DNA from: a virus
Lineage: Duplodnaviria; Caudoviricetes
DNA length: 50,135 bases
Virus record (IMG/VR): IMGVR_UViG_3300011128_000204
Location: 1 to 50,135 of that record
Direction: 5' to 3' (one strand)
A program made the position numbers and the translations under genes. The notes below the pieces were generated by a model, which searched no databases, was not told the origin of the DNA, and saw only the letters and a list, made by a program, of their open reading frames with translations. Positions 18,010 through 26,797 of the stretch are shown piece by piece (position 1 is the stretch's first letter; the number at the start of each line of letters is the position of its first letter).

Positions 18010-20051
18010 TGATGCCTTTTCTAGCTAGTAGCTATGACGGGCCTATGTCGCCCGAAGCAAAGGAAGAACTGCTCTTTGATATGTGGGAGCAGGGTATGCA
18101 CATCATCCCTTGTGGTTCACCAACTGAAGTGGTGCCGCAATACTTCCGCACCAGACATCCATTTGATTCAGAGGATGAGCTTAAATCTAAGTGGGCCAAG
18201 ACACCACGGGTGAAGTGGCAGCACTACCAAAAGATCCAGCCATCTCAAGATGAGATCAAGCAGTGGCACAGTCAATACCCACTGGCAAACTGGGCGGCGA
18301 TCACCGGCATTACCTTCGCGGTAGTGGACGCAGACAGTGATGATGCAATCAATTGGATCAATGCTGGTGCAATAACAAGAACACCATTGAAGCAGACAAC
18401 CCCAAGGGGTGGTGCTCACTACTTCTATTCACTTGGCCCTACTGTTATTCGCAACAGTGCAGGCAAGAACAAGCTCGATGTTCGTGGTGATGGCGGGTAT
18501 GTAATGGTCGCACCTTCGCATGGATATACCATGACATGTGATGACACCTACGGGGTGGTTGGGTCAATGGATGATCTCCCCGCTCTGGTGGATAACGATC
18601 TGCAAATGATGCATGTGTTCAACACGGGCAACAAAGTTGAATCGATCCGCGACAAACTGACTGAAGCTCCACAGGAGCAGGGTACTCGCAACGATACCTT
18701 GGCAAGACTTATCGGCAAGTGGGTGAAAGAAGGCTGGGGCATGCGCGAGGTATTGATCAAGGCGCAGGACTGGAACCAAACATGCTTCCCGCCTATGGAC
18801 CTGATCGAGGTCACCCGTACAGCCATCAGCATAATCAACGGGCATATCAAACGACACCCAGATGATGTCAATGCAGGAGTCATGGGGTGGGAGACATCCA
18901 AGTGGCAGACTGATATCAATGAAGACCTCAAGGTCATTCAGTCACAAGAAGATCCGATAGAAGAAAAGAAACGTGAGGGTGAAGAGGATAAGTCATCAGG
19001 CCCACTAGGGTTAAAGCCGTTCAGCGATACTGAATGGGTGGACATGAACGATGATGGCATCGAGCAGTTTTGGGGTGATGCATTCATATTCCAGAAGAGT
19101 CGGGTGTTACTGCTTGGTAAACCAAAGATAGGTAAGTCCAATTGGCTGGGTGCATTTGCAGCAGGAGCTACCACCGGCACAGACTTCATGGATGTAGAGT
19201 TCAGTAGGCCATTGAAGGTGATGTGGTTCCAAGCAGAGATCATTGCAGAGTTTCTCAAGCGCAGAATAGATACCTACTACAAGCGGTTTGAGTTTGATGA
19301 TGACCTGCGAAGGATGGGTCACAACAACCTGATCATCAGTGGGCGGCTTAGAAAGAACCTGATGCGCGACCAAGACATAGAGCAGTTCAGTCAAGAGATT
19401 GAGTTTCACAAGCCAGACATCGTGATGATTGACCCCATCATTAACTTCTTTGACGGGGAAGAGAACAGCAACACAGAGATACGCAAGCTGCTGGATCGCG
19501 TAGACATGCTGATGGATATGCACAACGTGACAGTGATCATAGCCCACCATACAGGTAAGGAACGGGCAGATGATAAGACGTTTATGTCAGCGCGTGGTGG
19601 GTCTGTGTTCGCCGGTTGGTTTGATAGTGGCATCAAGCTGGGTGGTGAGAAATCAAACGTGTCGGTCTTCTATGAAGCGCGTAATGCTATGGAACCCAAG
19701 GAACACTTAGCAAGCTTCGACTTTGATGATGGCATGTGGAAGGTGTCAGACTTAATGCAGCGCAACATCAAGCCCCAACTAACAGAGGATGATGAGGTAG
19801 CCATTGCCAATGTGGTGGTGGATGCAATGAGTAGCACCACATTTTATAAGAGAAAAGAATTAGAACTACTGGCTAAAGAGGCTTTGAGTAAGGCCAAGAT
19901 GTCCAGTGGGGATAAGGCTGGTCAGAAGGCGGTGTCTTATGTTCAGAAATATAAAGGTAGCGTAGTCAAGACGCATGCCGTTCCAGGCAAAGCGGTCTGG
20001 CATTACCTTGAAGCAAATGAAATGACAAGACCATGGGAGTCTGAAGAATGA
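18009..20051 (+). CDS. Bifunctional primase-polymerase / PriCT / AAA_25 (RepA-like) helicase
   Basis: VVDAD, TPRGGAHYFY, LDVRGDGGYV (Prim-Pol); GTRNDTLARLIG (PriCT-1); GKPKIGKS, MIDP, IIAHHTGK, ARGGS (helicase); start placed at the ATG overlapping the upstream TGA. Confidence 0.92.
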   Translation: MMPFLASSYDGPMSPEAKEELLFDMWEQGMHIIPCGSPTEVVPQYFRTRHPFDSEDELKSKWAKTPRVKWQHYQKIQPSQDEIKQWHSQYPLANWAAITGITFAVVDADSDDAINWINAGAITRTPLKQTTPRGGAHYFYSLGPTVIRNSAGKNKLDVRGDGGYVMVAPSHGYTMTCDDTYGVVGSMDDLPALVDNDLQMMHVFNTGNKVESIRDKLTEAPQEQGTRNDTLARLIGKWVKEGWGMREVLIKAQDWNQTCFPPMDLIEVTRTAISIINGHIKRHPDDVNAGVMGWETSKWQTDINEDLKVIQSQEDPIEEKKREGEEDKSSGPLGLKPFSDTEWVDMNDDGIEQFWGDAFIFQKSRVLLLGKPKIGKSNWLGAFAAGATTGTDFMDVEFSRPLKVMWFQAEIIAEFLKRRIDTYYKRFEFDDDLRRMGHNNLIISGRLRKNLMRDQDIEQFSQEIEFHKPDIVMIDPIINFFDGEENSNTEIRKLLDRVDMLMDMHNVTVIIAHHTGKERADDKTFMSARGGSVFAGWFDSGIKLGGEKSNVSVFYEARNAMEPKEHLASFDFDDGMWKVSDLMQRNIKPQLTEDDEVAIANVVVDAMSSTTFYKRKELELLAKEALSKAKMSSGDKAGQKAVSYVQKYKGSVVKTHAVPGKAVWHYLEANEMTRPWESEE

Positions 20052-20323
20052 ATACAGCGGCTTTGGAAAATATAGAAAGACATATCCTTAGTATTAAAGT
20101 GAGAACAGAGAGCGCATCTGAACATCTTGCTGCAGGGATGTACGATAGAATTGAAGGTGGTATAGATAAATCTGGGGAGAGAACAGCTATCGGAGCCAAC
20201 TCAAAAGTAATCTCATATTTTCTTGAAGGTTATGGTTCGCAAAGTAGTGTGCCAGAACTAGCAGATAGAATTCTTAGACTTGTGCGGGAGGAGTTAAACA
20301 AAAGAGAGGATCGAAGCGCATGA
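20048..20323 (+). CDS. Hypothetical protein
   Basis: ATGA overlaps at both ends. Confidence 0.7.
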   Translation: MNTAALENIERHILSIKVRTESASEHLAAGMYDRIEGGIDKSGERTAIGANSKVISYFLEGYGSQSSVPELADRILRLVREELNKREDRSA

Positions 20324-20580
20324 AAGGAAACACTCAAATAAAATCAACAGGCCAAGTCGGGTGGGTTGTTCTGTTTATTGGCACGCCGTTTATGGATGGT
20401 CGGTACAGAAATAAAGAGCACGCCGTACAGGTGAAAGATAGAATGAAAGATCGATACCCAAACTTACGCTTTGAGGTTGCTCAAGTGGGAGGAAAGTTCC
20501 TAGTGAGTGATGACATCTTCTGGGCGAATCATTATGAAGAACTTGATCTATTAAGCAGCGGCAGGACTTATTCAGCATGA
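20320..20580 (+). CDS. Hypothetical protein
   Basis: GAGG RBS, ATGA overlap. Confidence 0.7.
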   Translation: MKGNTQIKSTGQVGWVVLFIGTPFMDGRYRNKEHAVQVKDRMKDRYPNLRFEVAQVGGKFLVSDDIFWANHYEELDLLSSGRTYSA

Positions 20581-20727
20581 GCAAGTGTGCGGAGTATAAA
20601 AAACCCCGCAAGAGGTGCGTGTCAAAGTGGGTGAGGAAGGCACACACATTACGGGGAACCCAAAGCAACAAGGGTCAAAACGGACTCTAACAGATGATAA
20701 ATAAATACGCGAGTGGAGCAGTACGAT

Positions 20728-20946
20728 ATGGCAAAGGTAACCTTGGAAGCAGAGGTGGAAGAGAATCTTGTTGAGGAGTTCATTGGCACTATGAAAGAGT
20801 TGAGTGCATTGAGCAGGGCAAACGAGGATCTCAGTGAGTCAATGGAGTTCTTAGCCAAGAACATAGGCAAGAACACTGCGGACATACGCAAGCTCACAAA
20901 GTCTGTAGAGGGATTGATGTTAGTAATACAATCAACAGGTAAGTAA
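20728..20946 (+). CDS. Hypothetical coiled-coil protein
   Basis: Heptad-like sequence; GGAG upstream of ATG 20728. Confidence 0.65.
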   Translation: MAKVTLEAEVEENLVEEFIGTMKELSALSRANEDLSESMEFLAKNIGKNTADIRKLTKSVEGLMLVIQSTGK

Positions 20947-20984
20947 CAAAACAACAAGTAAGTAAAGCAACGGAGAAGTATAAG

Positions 20985-21242
20985 GTGAGTAATGGTTTAG
21001 CAAGTAACATGTTCATGTCAGCAATACGGGCGCAGGAAGTGGCGCACGAGAACTACATATCATATAAGCTGAAGACGGTGGTGACGGATGAGTTCACCGA
21101 AGCTCAGAAGCGAGAGATCTTGAGCATGCAGTACAGTGGTGTGGTCTGCTCAAAGATCGCACAGCGCATGGGAACAACGCCATTAGTGGTGACTAGGTTG
21201 ATCAACAGAACGTCTTGGCCTGGCCCTAGGCAGTCGGGTTAA
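20985..21242 (+). CDS. Putative helix-turn-helix protein
   Basis: FTEAQKREILSM..SG...SKIAQRMGTT..VV.RLI. Confidence 0.6.
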   Translation: MSNGLASNMFMSAIRAQEVAHENYISYKLKTVVTDEFTEAQKREILSMQYSGVVCSKIAQRMGTTPLVVTRLINRTSWPGPRQSG

Positions 21243-21260
21243 GTCGGGTTAGGAGGTCGT

Positions 21261-21485
21261 ATGAAGGTAGTAGTGAACAACGAATGGCACATTGAATGCA
21301 TCTCGTGTGAGGCCCAATACTATGTGGCTGAGTACCCTGGAATAGACTACAGCGGGTGCCGTCACTGTGGCAAAAACGTACTGTATGTGACCGATCATAG
21401 GGTGAAGGTTGAGCCTGTGAAGGGGTCGGATGGTAGAGATGGGCATAACGAAACTGTTGGGCGTGGTGACACACTTAGACCCTAA
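21261..21485 (+). CDS. Hypothetical zinc-ribbon protein
   Basis: CISC...CRHC; AGGAGG RBS. Confidence 0.7.
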   Translation: MKVVVNNEWHIECISCEAQYYVAEYPGIDYSGCRHCGKNVLYVTDHRVKVEPVKGSDGRDGHNETVGRGDTLRP

Positions 21486-21534
21486 AGTTAATGTAGTTTC
21501 GAGGTTTGCGCGGGGGGCTGAATACCCTAAAAGC

Positions 21535-21785
21535 GTAGGGTCACGGGGGGTTTTTGAAATTGACCCTACACCCCCTCAAAATGACGTAAGTCATTGATTT
21601 ATATAGTAGGGTCACGGTGGGTCATAGGGTCAGCGTGACCCTGCCTGACCCTTGACCCTACCCCTACCTAAGTCCTTGATTTATAAGGGTGGGTCATAGG
21701 GTCATAGGGTCACTTCTAAAGAAGGGGAGAGAGATATAAATATCTCCCCTACGGGACACCCCCTTACTCCCTTCTTTGAAGAGGG
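21535..21785. repeat. Iteron-like GGGTCA/TGACCC array with two IHF consensus sites (candidate origin or pac region)
   Basis: 7 GGGTCA and 4 TGACCC copies; WATCAANNNNTTR matches on the minus strand at 21587-21599 and 21669-21681; long inverted repeat at about 21714-21781. Confidence 0.7.
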
Positions 21786-21820
21786 GGTAAGAAAGGAAAA
21801 AAAATTTTGGAGTTTTAATT

Positions 21821-22582
21821 ATGAGTAGTGATTTGTTGGGCGCAGAACAGGTGAGTGAGGATGAGTATGATGCTGACACTGACATACTCAATAGTCCAAA
21901 GCGGCATGCGATTGCAAAGTTTAAGGAACGTCCGTTTACAAAAAAACAACAGGCGTTTATCCAGGCATTTGTTTATCAAGATCTGACCAACACAGAGTGT
22001 GCGTTTCGTGCAGGCTACTCAGTGCCAACTCAGTCGGCATCTATGCTGCTTAATGATCCCAGATACACGCATGTGCAGAATAAGATTAGGGAGCTACAAG
22101 AATCTAACCAGAAGAAGTATGAGATTACTTTTGAGAAGGTTGCGCGTGATCTTCAGATGATCAGGGATGCAGCAGTCGAGGATGGTTCGTATGGGGCGGC
22201 AGTAACTGCTGAGTTAGGCAGAGCAAAACTTGCAGGGCTGATGGTCGATAAGAAAGAGATCAAGCATGGGCGTATCGATCAGATGGATAGGTCAGAGGTT
22301 GAGTCAAGACTCAAGGCGTTGATCGATAAGAATCAACTTGCGCCTGTGCTCATGGAGAAGGTGGTGAGCGAGGAGGAAGTGCCAGAGGAGGTTGAGGAGG
22401 TGGTTGAAGAAGATTTCTCTGATATCACAGATGAGGAGGCTGAGATCATGGAGCAACAGGCTGATGCCATGGCAGAGGTTGAAGCGATTGATGGCTTTGA
22501 AGAATGGGATGATGAAGATGGTGATGATGGGGAGGATGAGATCCTCGACTCCGAAGAGCGCGAGGATGGTGAGGAGGACTAG
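21821..22582 (+). CDS. terS: Terminase small subunit with acidic tail
   Basis: FTKKQQAFI...TECAFRAGYS...ASMLL HTH, then AVTAELGRAKLAGL.VDKKE. Confidence 0.8.
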   Translation: MSSDLLGAEQVSEDEYDADTDILNSPKRHAIAKFKERPFTKKQQAFIQAFVYQDLTNTECAFRAGYSVPTQSASMLLNDPRYTHVQNKIRELQESNQKKYEITFEKVARDLQMIRDAAVEDGSYGAAVTAELGRAKLAGLMVDKKEIKHGRIDQMDRSEVESRLKALIDKNQLAPVLMEKVVSEEEVPEEVEEVVEEDFSDITDEEAEIMEQQADAMAEVEAIDGFEEWDDEDGDDGEDEILDSEEREDGEED

Positions 22583-22911
22583 ACAAGGTGCCTAGGTGGT
22601 CTGAACATCTTGCCCTTACGCATCAGTTCAGTAAGTCGCTTAGGCTTGGGTATCTTCACAGCCTGTTGTGATCTGAATGCCTTGAGCCTATGGCTTGCAC
22701 TACAGAATCTAGACAGTGGGTGGTGAGCCTTGAATGGTTCACCGCACCACTCACACTTGAAGTCACGCAGAACACGGTGCTTGTGTATCTCAGCAGAGTT
22801 CTCACGCAGCCCACCCCATTCAGCCTCATCTCGAGAGGGTGAGGTAGGTGAGGTGAGTGAGGTGGGTGATGTAGGTTTATCAGTATAGTTCGACTGCATT
22901 GGGTAGCTCAT
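22579..22911 (-). CDS. Hypothetical zinc-finger protein
   Basis: CEWCGEPF...RFCSASHR; TSP repeats. Confidence 0.65.
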   Translation of the reverse strand: MSYPMQSNYTDKPTSPTSLTSPTSPSRDEAEWGGLRENSAEIHKHRVLRDFKCEWCGEPFKAHHPLSRFCSASHRLKAFRSQQAVKIPKPKRLTELMRKGKMFRPPRHLV

Positions 22912-23116
22912 TAACCTTTTTTTGAAGTGATGTCCATGCGGACTTGAGTGCGCCCTCTTCTTCTTTTGTGTAGGCTTGCGACCAGAAGCATGTGCCTATC
23001 AAGCCATGGATGCGCGGGTCATCGGTTGATGAACTCATCATGCGTAACAGTAACTCACGCTCAATGATGGTCAGGTTGATCAGAAAAATGGGATCGGTAG
23101 TGTTCGTATCACTCAT
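22880..23116 (-). CDS. Hypothetical protein
   Basis: 78 aa, AAGGA RBS, overlaps the MTase stop. Confidence 0.65.
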   Translation of the reverse strand: MSDTNTTDPIFLINLTIIERELLLRMMSSSTDDPRIHGLIGTCFWSQAYTKEEEGALKSAWTSLQKKVNELPNAVELY

Positions 23117-23849
23117 GGTTCATTTCCTTGTCTGCGGCAAGCACAAGCTCACCTATTATTTGAATTAGTTGAGGTACAACAGCGTTGCCTAGGGATTTAA
23201 TTCTGTCCACCCTATTGGGAACCCCATCAGCCACTCGACCCACTGCGGGTTCAGTTGGCCAGTCACCGCCTGTCTCCCACCCAAGTCGTTGATCACCTTC
23301 GTGGTCAAGCTTTCTTGTGTGCCTTTCTTTCCCCGACTCCTGTCTTGATAGCCCAGCCTCGCCTCGTGAGCTAGTGGCGTAGGCCACAATGAATACCCTG
23401 TCTCTGCGGTGCTTCGCGTCAACGGCACAAGCTGGTAGTACAAACGTCCTGACGGTGTAGCCTTCGTTTTCCAAGTCAAGCGACACATCGTCGAGTGCCA
23501 TGCGGACGAAGCCAGAAACATTTTCTCCAATGACCCATCTTGGCTTGGACTCACTGATGACTCGTAACATTTCAGGCCAGAGGTGACGGTCATCGTCTTT
23601 GCCTCGCTGCTGTCCTGCAACTGAAAATGGTTGGCAAGGGAATCCCCCGCAAACAACGTCAATTGACCCTGCGTATTTTGTTCCATCTAATTTCCTCACA
23701 TCGCTATGCACAGGCACATCAGGCCAATGCTTGTTTAGTATCTTGGTACAGAATTCATCACGCTCACAGAAGGCAGTGGTAGTCATACCACACGCCTCCA
23801 ACCCAAGCGAGAACCCGCCTATGCCTGAGAAGAGATCAAGGACTCTCAT
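23109..23849 (-). CDS. dcm: C5 cytosine DNA methyltransferase, large (alpha) chain
   Basis: DLFSGIGG (I), GGFPCQPFS (IV), ENV (VI), HRRDRVF (VIII), LGNAVVP (X); motif IX absent from this frame. Confidence 0.92.
   Translation of the reverse strand: MRVLDLFSGIGGFSLGLEACGMTTTAFCERDEFCTKILNKHWPDVPVHSDVRKLDGTKYAGSIDVVCGGFPCQPFSVAGQQRGKDDDRHLWPEMLRVISESKPRWVIGENVSGFVRMALDDVSLDLENEGYTVRTFVLPACAVDAKHRRDRVFIVAYATSSRGEAGLSRQESGKERHTRKLDHEGDQRLGWETGGDWPTEPAVGRVADGVPNRVDRIKSLGNAVVPQLIQIIGELVLAADKEMNHE
23189..23686 (-). CDS. C5 methyltransferase small (beta) chain, nested out of frame
   Basis: 165 aa alternate-frame ORF with LWPTP and LNPQWVEWLMGFPIGWT (motif IX-like); true start uncertain. Confidence 0.8.
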   Translation of the reverse strand: MEQNTQGQLTLFAGDSLANHFQLQDSSEAKTMTVTSGLKCYESSVSPSQDGSLEKMFLASSAWHSTMCRLTWKTKATPSGRLYYQLVPLTRSTAETGYSLWPTPLAHEARLGYQDRSRGKKGTQESLTTKVINDLGGRQAVTGQLNPQWVEWLMGFPIGWTELNP

Positions 23850-24109
23850 TGCAGGTGCGCACACCGTATTGGTGCGCCATCATCATCGACCTCATCAGTG
23901 TCATAGAAGTCTTCACCTTCTTTTGATCGGTAAGGCTTGATATCGCCCTGCTGCACAATATCTTCTGCAGCCTCCCAATCTTCAGCCTCGACAAGGAAGC
24001 TTTCAGTTATGGTTCTGGTCACTCTTACTTCAAACTTAGAGGTAGCCCTATCAGATGCTGGCTTTTTTGAAGGAATGTCATCTTGGAATATAACGAAATC
24101 AGGACACAT
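23846..24109 (-). CDS. Hypothetical acidic protein
   Basis: GAGGAGG RBS with leader motif; FEVRV......FLVEAEDWEAAE pattern. Confidence 0.7.
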   Translation of the reverse strand: MCPDFVIFQDDIPSKKPASDRATSKFEVRVTRTITESFLVEAEDWEAAEDIVQQGDIKPYRSKEGEDFYDTDEVDDDGAPIRCAHLQ

Positions 24110-24111
24110 GG

Positions 24112-24501
24112 TTAGCCCTCCTCTTGGTTTAGTAGTGTGGATAAAGGTTTGATTGTCTCTTGTGATTCACGCCATTCGATTACATCAGCGAGTAAGTCAT
24201 CAAGGCTTTGGGTGAATGGGTAGTCTTTGGCTACGCGGTTGTTGAATTCCTCTTCATCAACTTCGCACATCTCAGCGAGATTCATCAGTGCGTGCTCAAG
24301 CATCATGATGTTCTGAACCACGGCATCTTCTTCGACTACCAGTGTTGACATGCTCTTAGGTAATCGAGTTACCCAGCCATCGCCAGCCAATGCTTGGGCG
24401 TTAGCTTCCCGATGGTTAGAGGCAAGTACGCGCACCTCATGGCGTACAAGTTCGTGGGTGGTGACAACAAAGTGCTCTAGGTTTGGGTGTAGGTCAGTCA
24501 T
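24112..24501 (-). CDS. Hypothetical protein
   Basis: Start set at the ATGA overlap with the upstream stop. Confidence 0.7.
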   Translation of the reverse strand: MTDLHPNLEHFVVTTHELVRHEVRVLASNHREANAQALAGDGWVTRLPKSMSTLVVEEDAVVQNIMMLEHALMNLAEMCEVDEEEFNNRVAKDYPFTQSLDDLLADVIEWRESQETIKPLSTLLNQEEG

Positions 24502-25109
24502 TCTGCATTCCTCCAATGCTTAAGGGCTTTTGATTCGGACAGTTCGTTGAGCCAAACGTATGGCTTTTTTTCATGGTATTTTTTGAGCGGATCAATGTTT
24601 GATTCCACAGGAGTGGTTTTCCAGAAATCTATTTCACGGGTGCGTGTGTTGTACGCGCAAACATATTTCTTCAAGTGCTTACGCATCTCTTTCAAGAGTT
24701 CAATCTCATTGATCAGGTCAGCGATCAACCAATCGATTAACTCATCATGATCAGCGAAGCGGTCAATAGCCCAATCGTAATCCTCACCCTTAGCCTCAAT
24801 GTAACGCACAGCTTCTTTGCGTGCTTCAGACATAGCGTTCTTGAAGTCGGAGAGTTGAGCGTTACGCTTTTCTCCAGCTTTTTGCGTCTTGCCATAGGGG
24901 TAGTAGTTGTTCGGCCCACCACGGCCTTCGTTCTCTGCGGAGAAGGCACGCTTGCCATCGATGTAGACGGTTGCAGTAAAGCAATGTGTTTCTTGGCTAA
25001 AGTGCGTGTTGAGCTTTAGGTTCTTAATCTCAATGCTGTTAGCTCTGCCGTACTCCTCAAGAGTCGGGTCGCTCGATGGCTGGAATGGGTTGGGGTTTCT
25101 CTGCGTCAT
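24498..25109 (-). CDS. Hypothetical early protein
   Basis: SQETHCFTATVYIDGK...NEGRGG pattern; start set after the TAAACAAAAGGAG leader. Confidence 0.75.
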   Translation of the reverse strand: MTQRNPNPFQPSSDPTLEEYGRANSIEIKNLKLNTHFSQETHCFTATVYIDGKRAFSAENEGRGGPNNYYPYGKTQKAGEKRNAQLSDFKNAMSEARKEAVRYIEAKGEDYDWAIDRFADHDELIDWLIADLINEIELLKEMRKHLKKYVCAYNTRTREIDFWKTTPVESNIDPLKKYHEKKPYVWLNELSESKALKHWRNAE

Positions 25110-25278
25110 TTCTGACTCCTTTTGTTTAATGTTTGAGAACCGTATCATGCATTAGTGTTGCGAGACAAGCGGATTATAAAAATAAATTATTAAAGTGTGT
25201 GTATTTGTGGGTATTTCGGGGGGAGAGTCGCACCCACCCCTCCCACAAGGGGTGTAGCGTTTGATTTGGGGGCGATTC

Positions 25279-25458
25279 CTTGCGGCCTTGAGTGATCGGG
25301 TGGGGTAGGGCTTGCGCCCTTGAGAGCGCCCCTGCTTGCGGCCTAGGGGCATGTATATATATACATGTTTTTGGGGGAGTGCTTGCGCCCTTTCTTGCGG
25401 CCTAGCTTGCGGCCTTCATGATTATATATATTTTGCGCGTGCTTGCGGTTCGCGGCCT
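25279..25458. repeat. CTTGCG(G/C)CCT repeat cluster A with (TA)n palindrome
   Basis: About 8 co-oriented copies; perfect palindrome CATGTATATATATACATG at 25350-25367. Confidence 0.85.
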
Positions 25459-25532
25459 TCCCTTTTTCCAGGGATCGCAAACTCCTGCCTAAGCGTAAGC
25501 CTAGGCGCTGAGTTGGTTGGTGGTCGCGCAAA

Positions 25533-26261
25533 CTACGCGACCTCAAATAGTGGGATAATATTGGTATCGACTACAAAGCCATTGGTGTTTTGCTTTGCTG
25601 GGCCTTTGGCTGTTAGCCCGATGATCACTTCACCAGAGTAGACATTGTCTAGGTCGGATTTGTCGCCGTCGATTACTTGGCGGCCTAGGAATATGTCTGG
25701 CATTGGGCCGCGAAATACTACGGCAATCGGTACGCCATAGCACAAAGCTTCTAATACTTGCTTGCGATATTGTGCGCGCCCACTATACGAGAACATTAGC
25801 TTATAATTTTCTGGCGTTTTGCCTAAGCGTTTTGCGCGCTTGGTGTAGTCATAGAAGAATAGTTCGGGAAATTGTTGCGGTATCCTGTAACCTTCCCAAT
25901 CTATATCAGACAAAACATTGAGGCGAACTACGCCTTTCACGCCTTGCTTGTCGCATAACTTGGAAAAGTTTGTCAGCTCTCTTGTGAGTTGGGTTAAGAA
26001 TCCTACCTTGTCATCGTGCCAGTAATCGGTGCGCGCTTGGCGTGCTATGTTCACGCTCTTATAAACTGATGCTAGTCCAGCTTCCTTAAGGCAGTCTTCC
26101 ATACACCCCGCCGCTTTGCTGCCAGCGCAAATTAAAAAGTCTGGCATCATAGACAATGAAGCCATTCTAACCTTGCCGCCAAATGGCAAACCTTTTTTGC
26201 CAGTCTTGGCAACTTTTGTGTTCCCGCTTTTCTTTGCGGTATCTAATAGTTTTTTAACCAT
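25533..26261 (-). CDS. GP88-like protein (Cys-cluster, radical-SAM-like)
   Basis: ICAGS.AAGCMEDCL...G, VVRLNVLSD, FFYDYTK, IDGDKSD, GLTAKG. Confidence 0.7.
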   Translation of the reverse strand: MVKKLLDTAKKSGNTKVAKTGKKGLPFGGKVRMASLSMMPDFLICAGSKAAGCMEDCLKEAGLASVYKSVNIARQARTDYWHDDKVGFLTQLTRELTNFSKLCDKQGVKGVVRLNVLSDIDWEGYRIPQQFPELFFYDYTKRAKRLGKTPENYKLMFSYSGRAQYRKQVLEALCYGVPIAVVFRGPMPDIFLGRQVIDGDKSDLDNVYSGEVIIGLTAKGPAKQNTNGFVVDTNIIPLFEVA

Positions 26262-26356
26262 GATTATATATTCCTTTGTTTAAGTTGCATTAGTGTATCA
26301 AAAAATCCAGGAATAAAACACTTTTTTTTGTGGCGTGTAATCGGTGATTTAAAACA

Positions 26357-26490
26357 CTTGCGGCCTTGCGGCCTTCGTGCTTTCAAAAAAAATGGCCGCT
26401 TGCGGCCTCGATTCTTTTTTATATATTAGTGCAAGTCGCTTGCGACCTTGCGGCCTTGCGGCCTTCATATATTTATATATATATTTATTG
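26357..26490. repeat. CTTGCGGC repeat cluster B with (TA)n run
   Basis: 6 co-oriented copies, several in direct 8-bp tandem. Confidence 0.85.
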
Positions 26491-26496
26491 CCAGGC

Positions 26497-26526
26497 AAAA
26501 AAATGGAGGGCTACTGCCCTCCCCAT
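26497..26526 (-). terminator. Rho-independent terminator
   Basis: GGAGGGC-AGTA-GCCCTCC followed by A and T7 on the minus strand, just after the stop at 26532. Confidence 0.75.
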
Positions 26527-26531
26527 TCTGA

Positions 26532-26750
26532 TTAACTGTGAGTGTACCCGTCTGGCTCAATGCCTAGCATCATATTGGGTACTGCGACCATGATGCAGTC
26601 GGAAAATGCTGGGTGAACATCGCGTGTAACCCAATCGATAAAGCCTAGGTTCTTAAAATCCCCATGGTCGCTGTCGCGTACATGGCGCTCGAACACTCTG
26701 ACTAATGCATCTTTTTGCAGTTTGGTCGCTTCGTTATTGATCATATCCAT
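26532..26750 (-). CDS. Hypothetical early protein
   Basis: Ends in MLGIEPDGYTHS; start set after the CTAAACCAAGAGG leader. Confidence 0.75.
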   Translation of the reverse strand: MDMINNEATKLQKDALVRVFERHVRDSDHGDFKNLGFIDWVTRDVHPAFSDCIMVAVPNMMLGIEPDGYTHS

Positions 26751-26797
26751 TGTTATTTCCTCTTGGTTTAGTGTGGGGGATTTCTCCCCCATGTTGG

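Noticed and set aside
21232-21251. Tandem AGTCGGGTTA duplication
   Set aside because: Single 10-bp duplication at a gene junction with no further copies noticed
25279-26490. Repeat clusters as a CRISPR array, and the short ORFs across them (25152, 25336, 25343, 26366)
   Set aside because: Units are 8-10 bp with irregular spacing; the ORFs are translations of low-complexity repeats without an RBS
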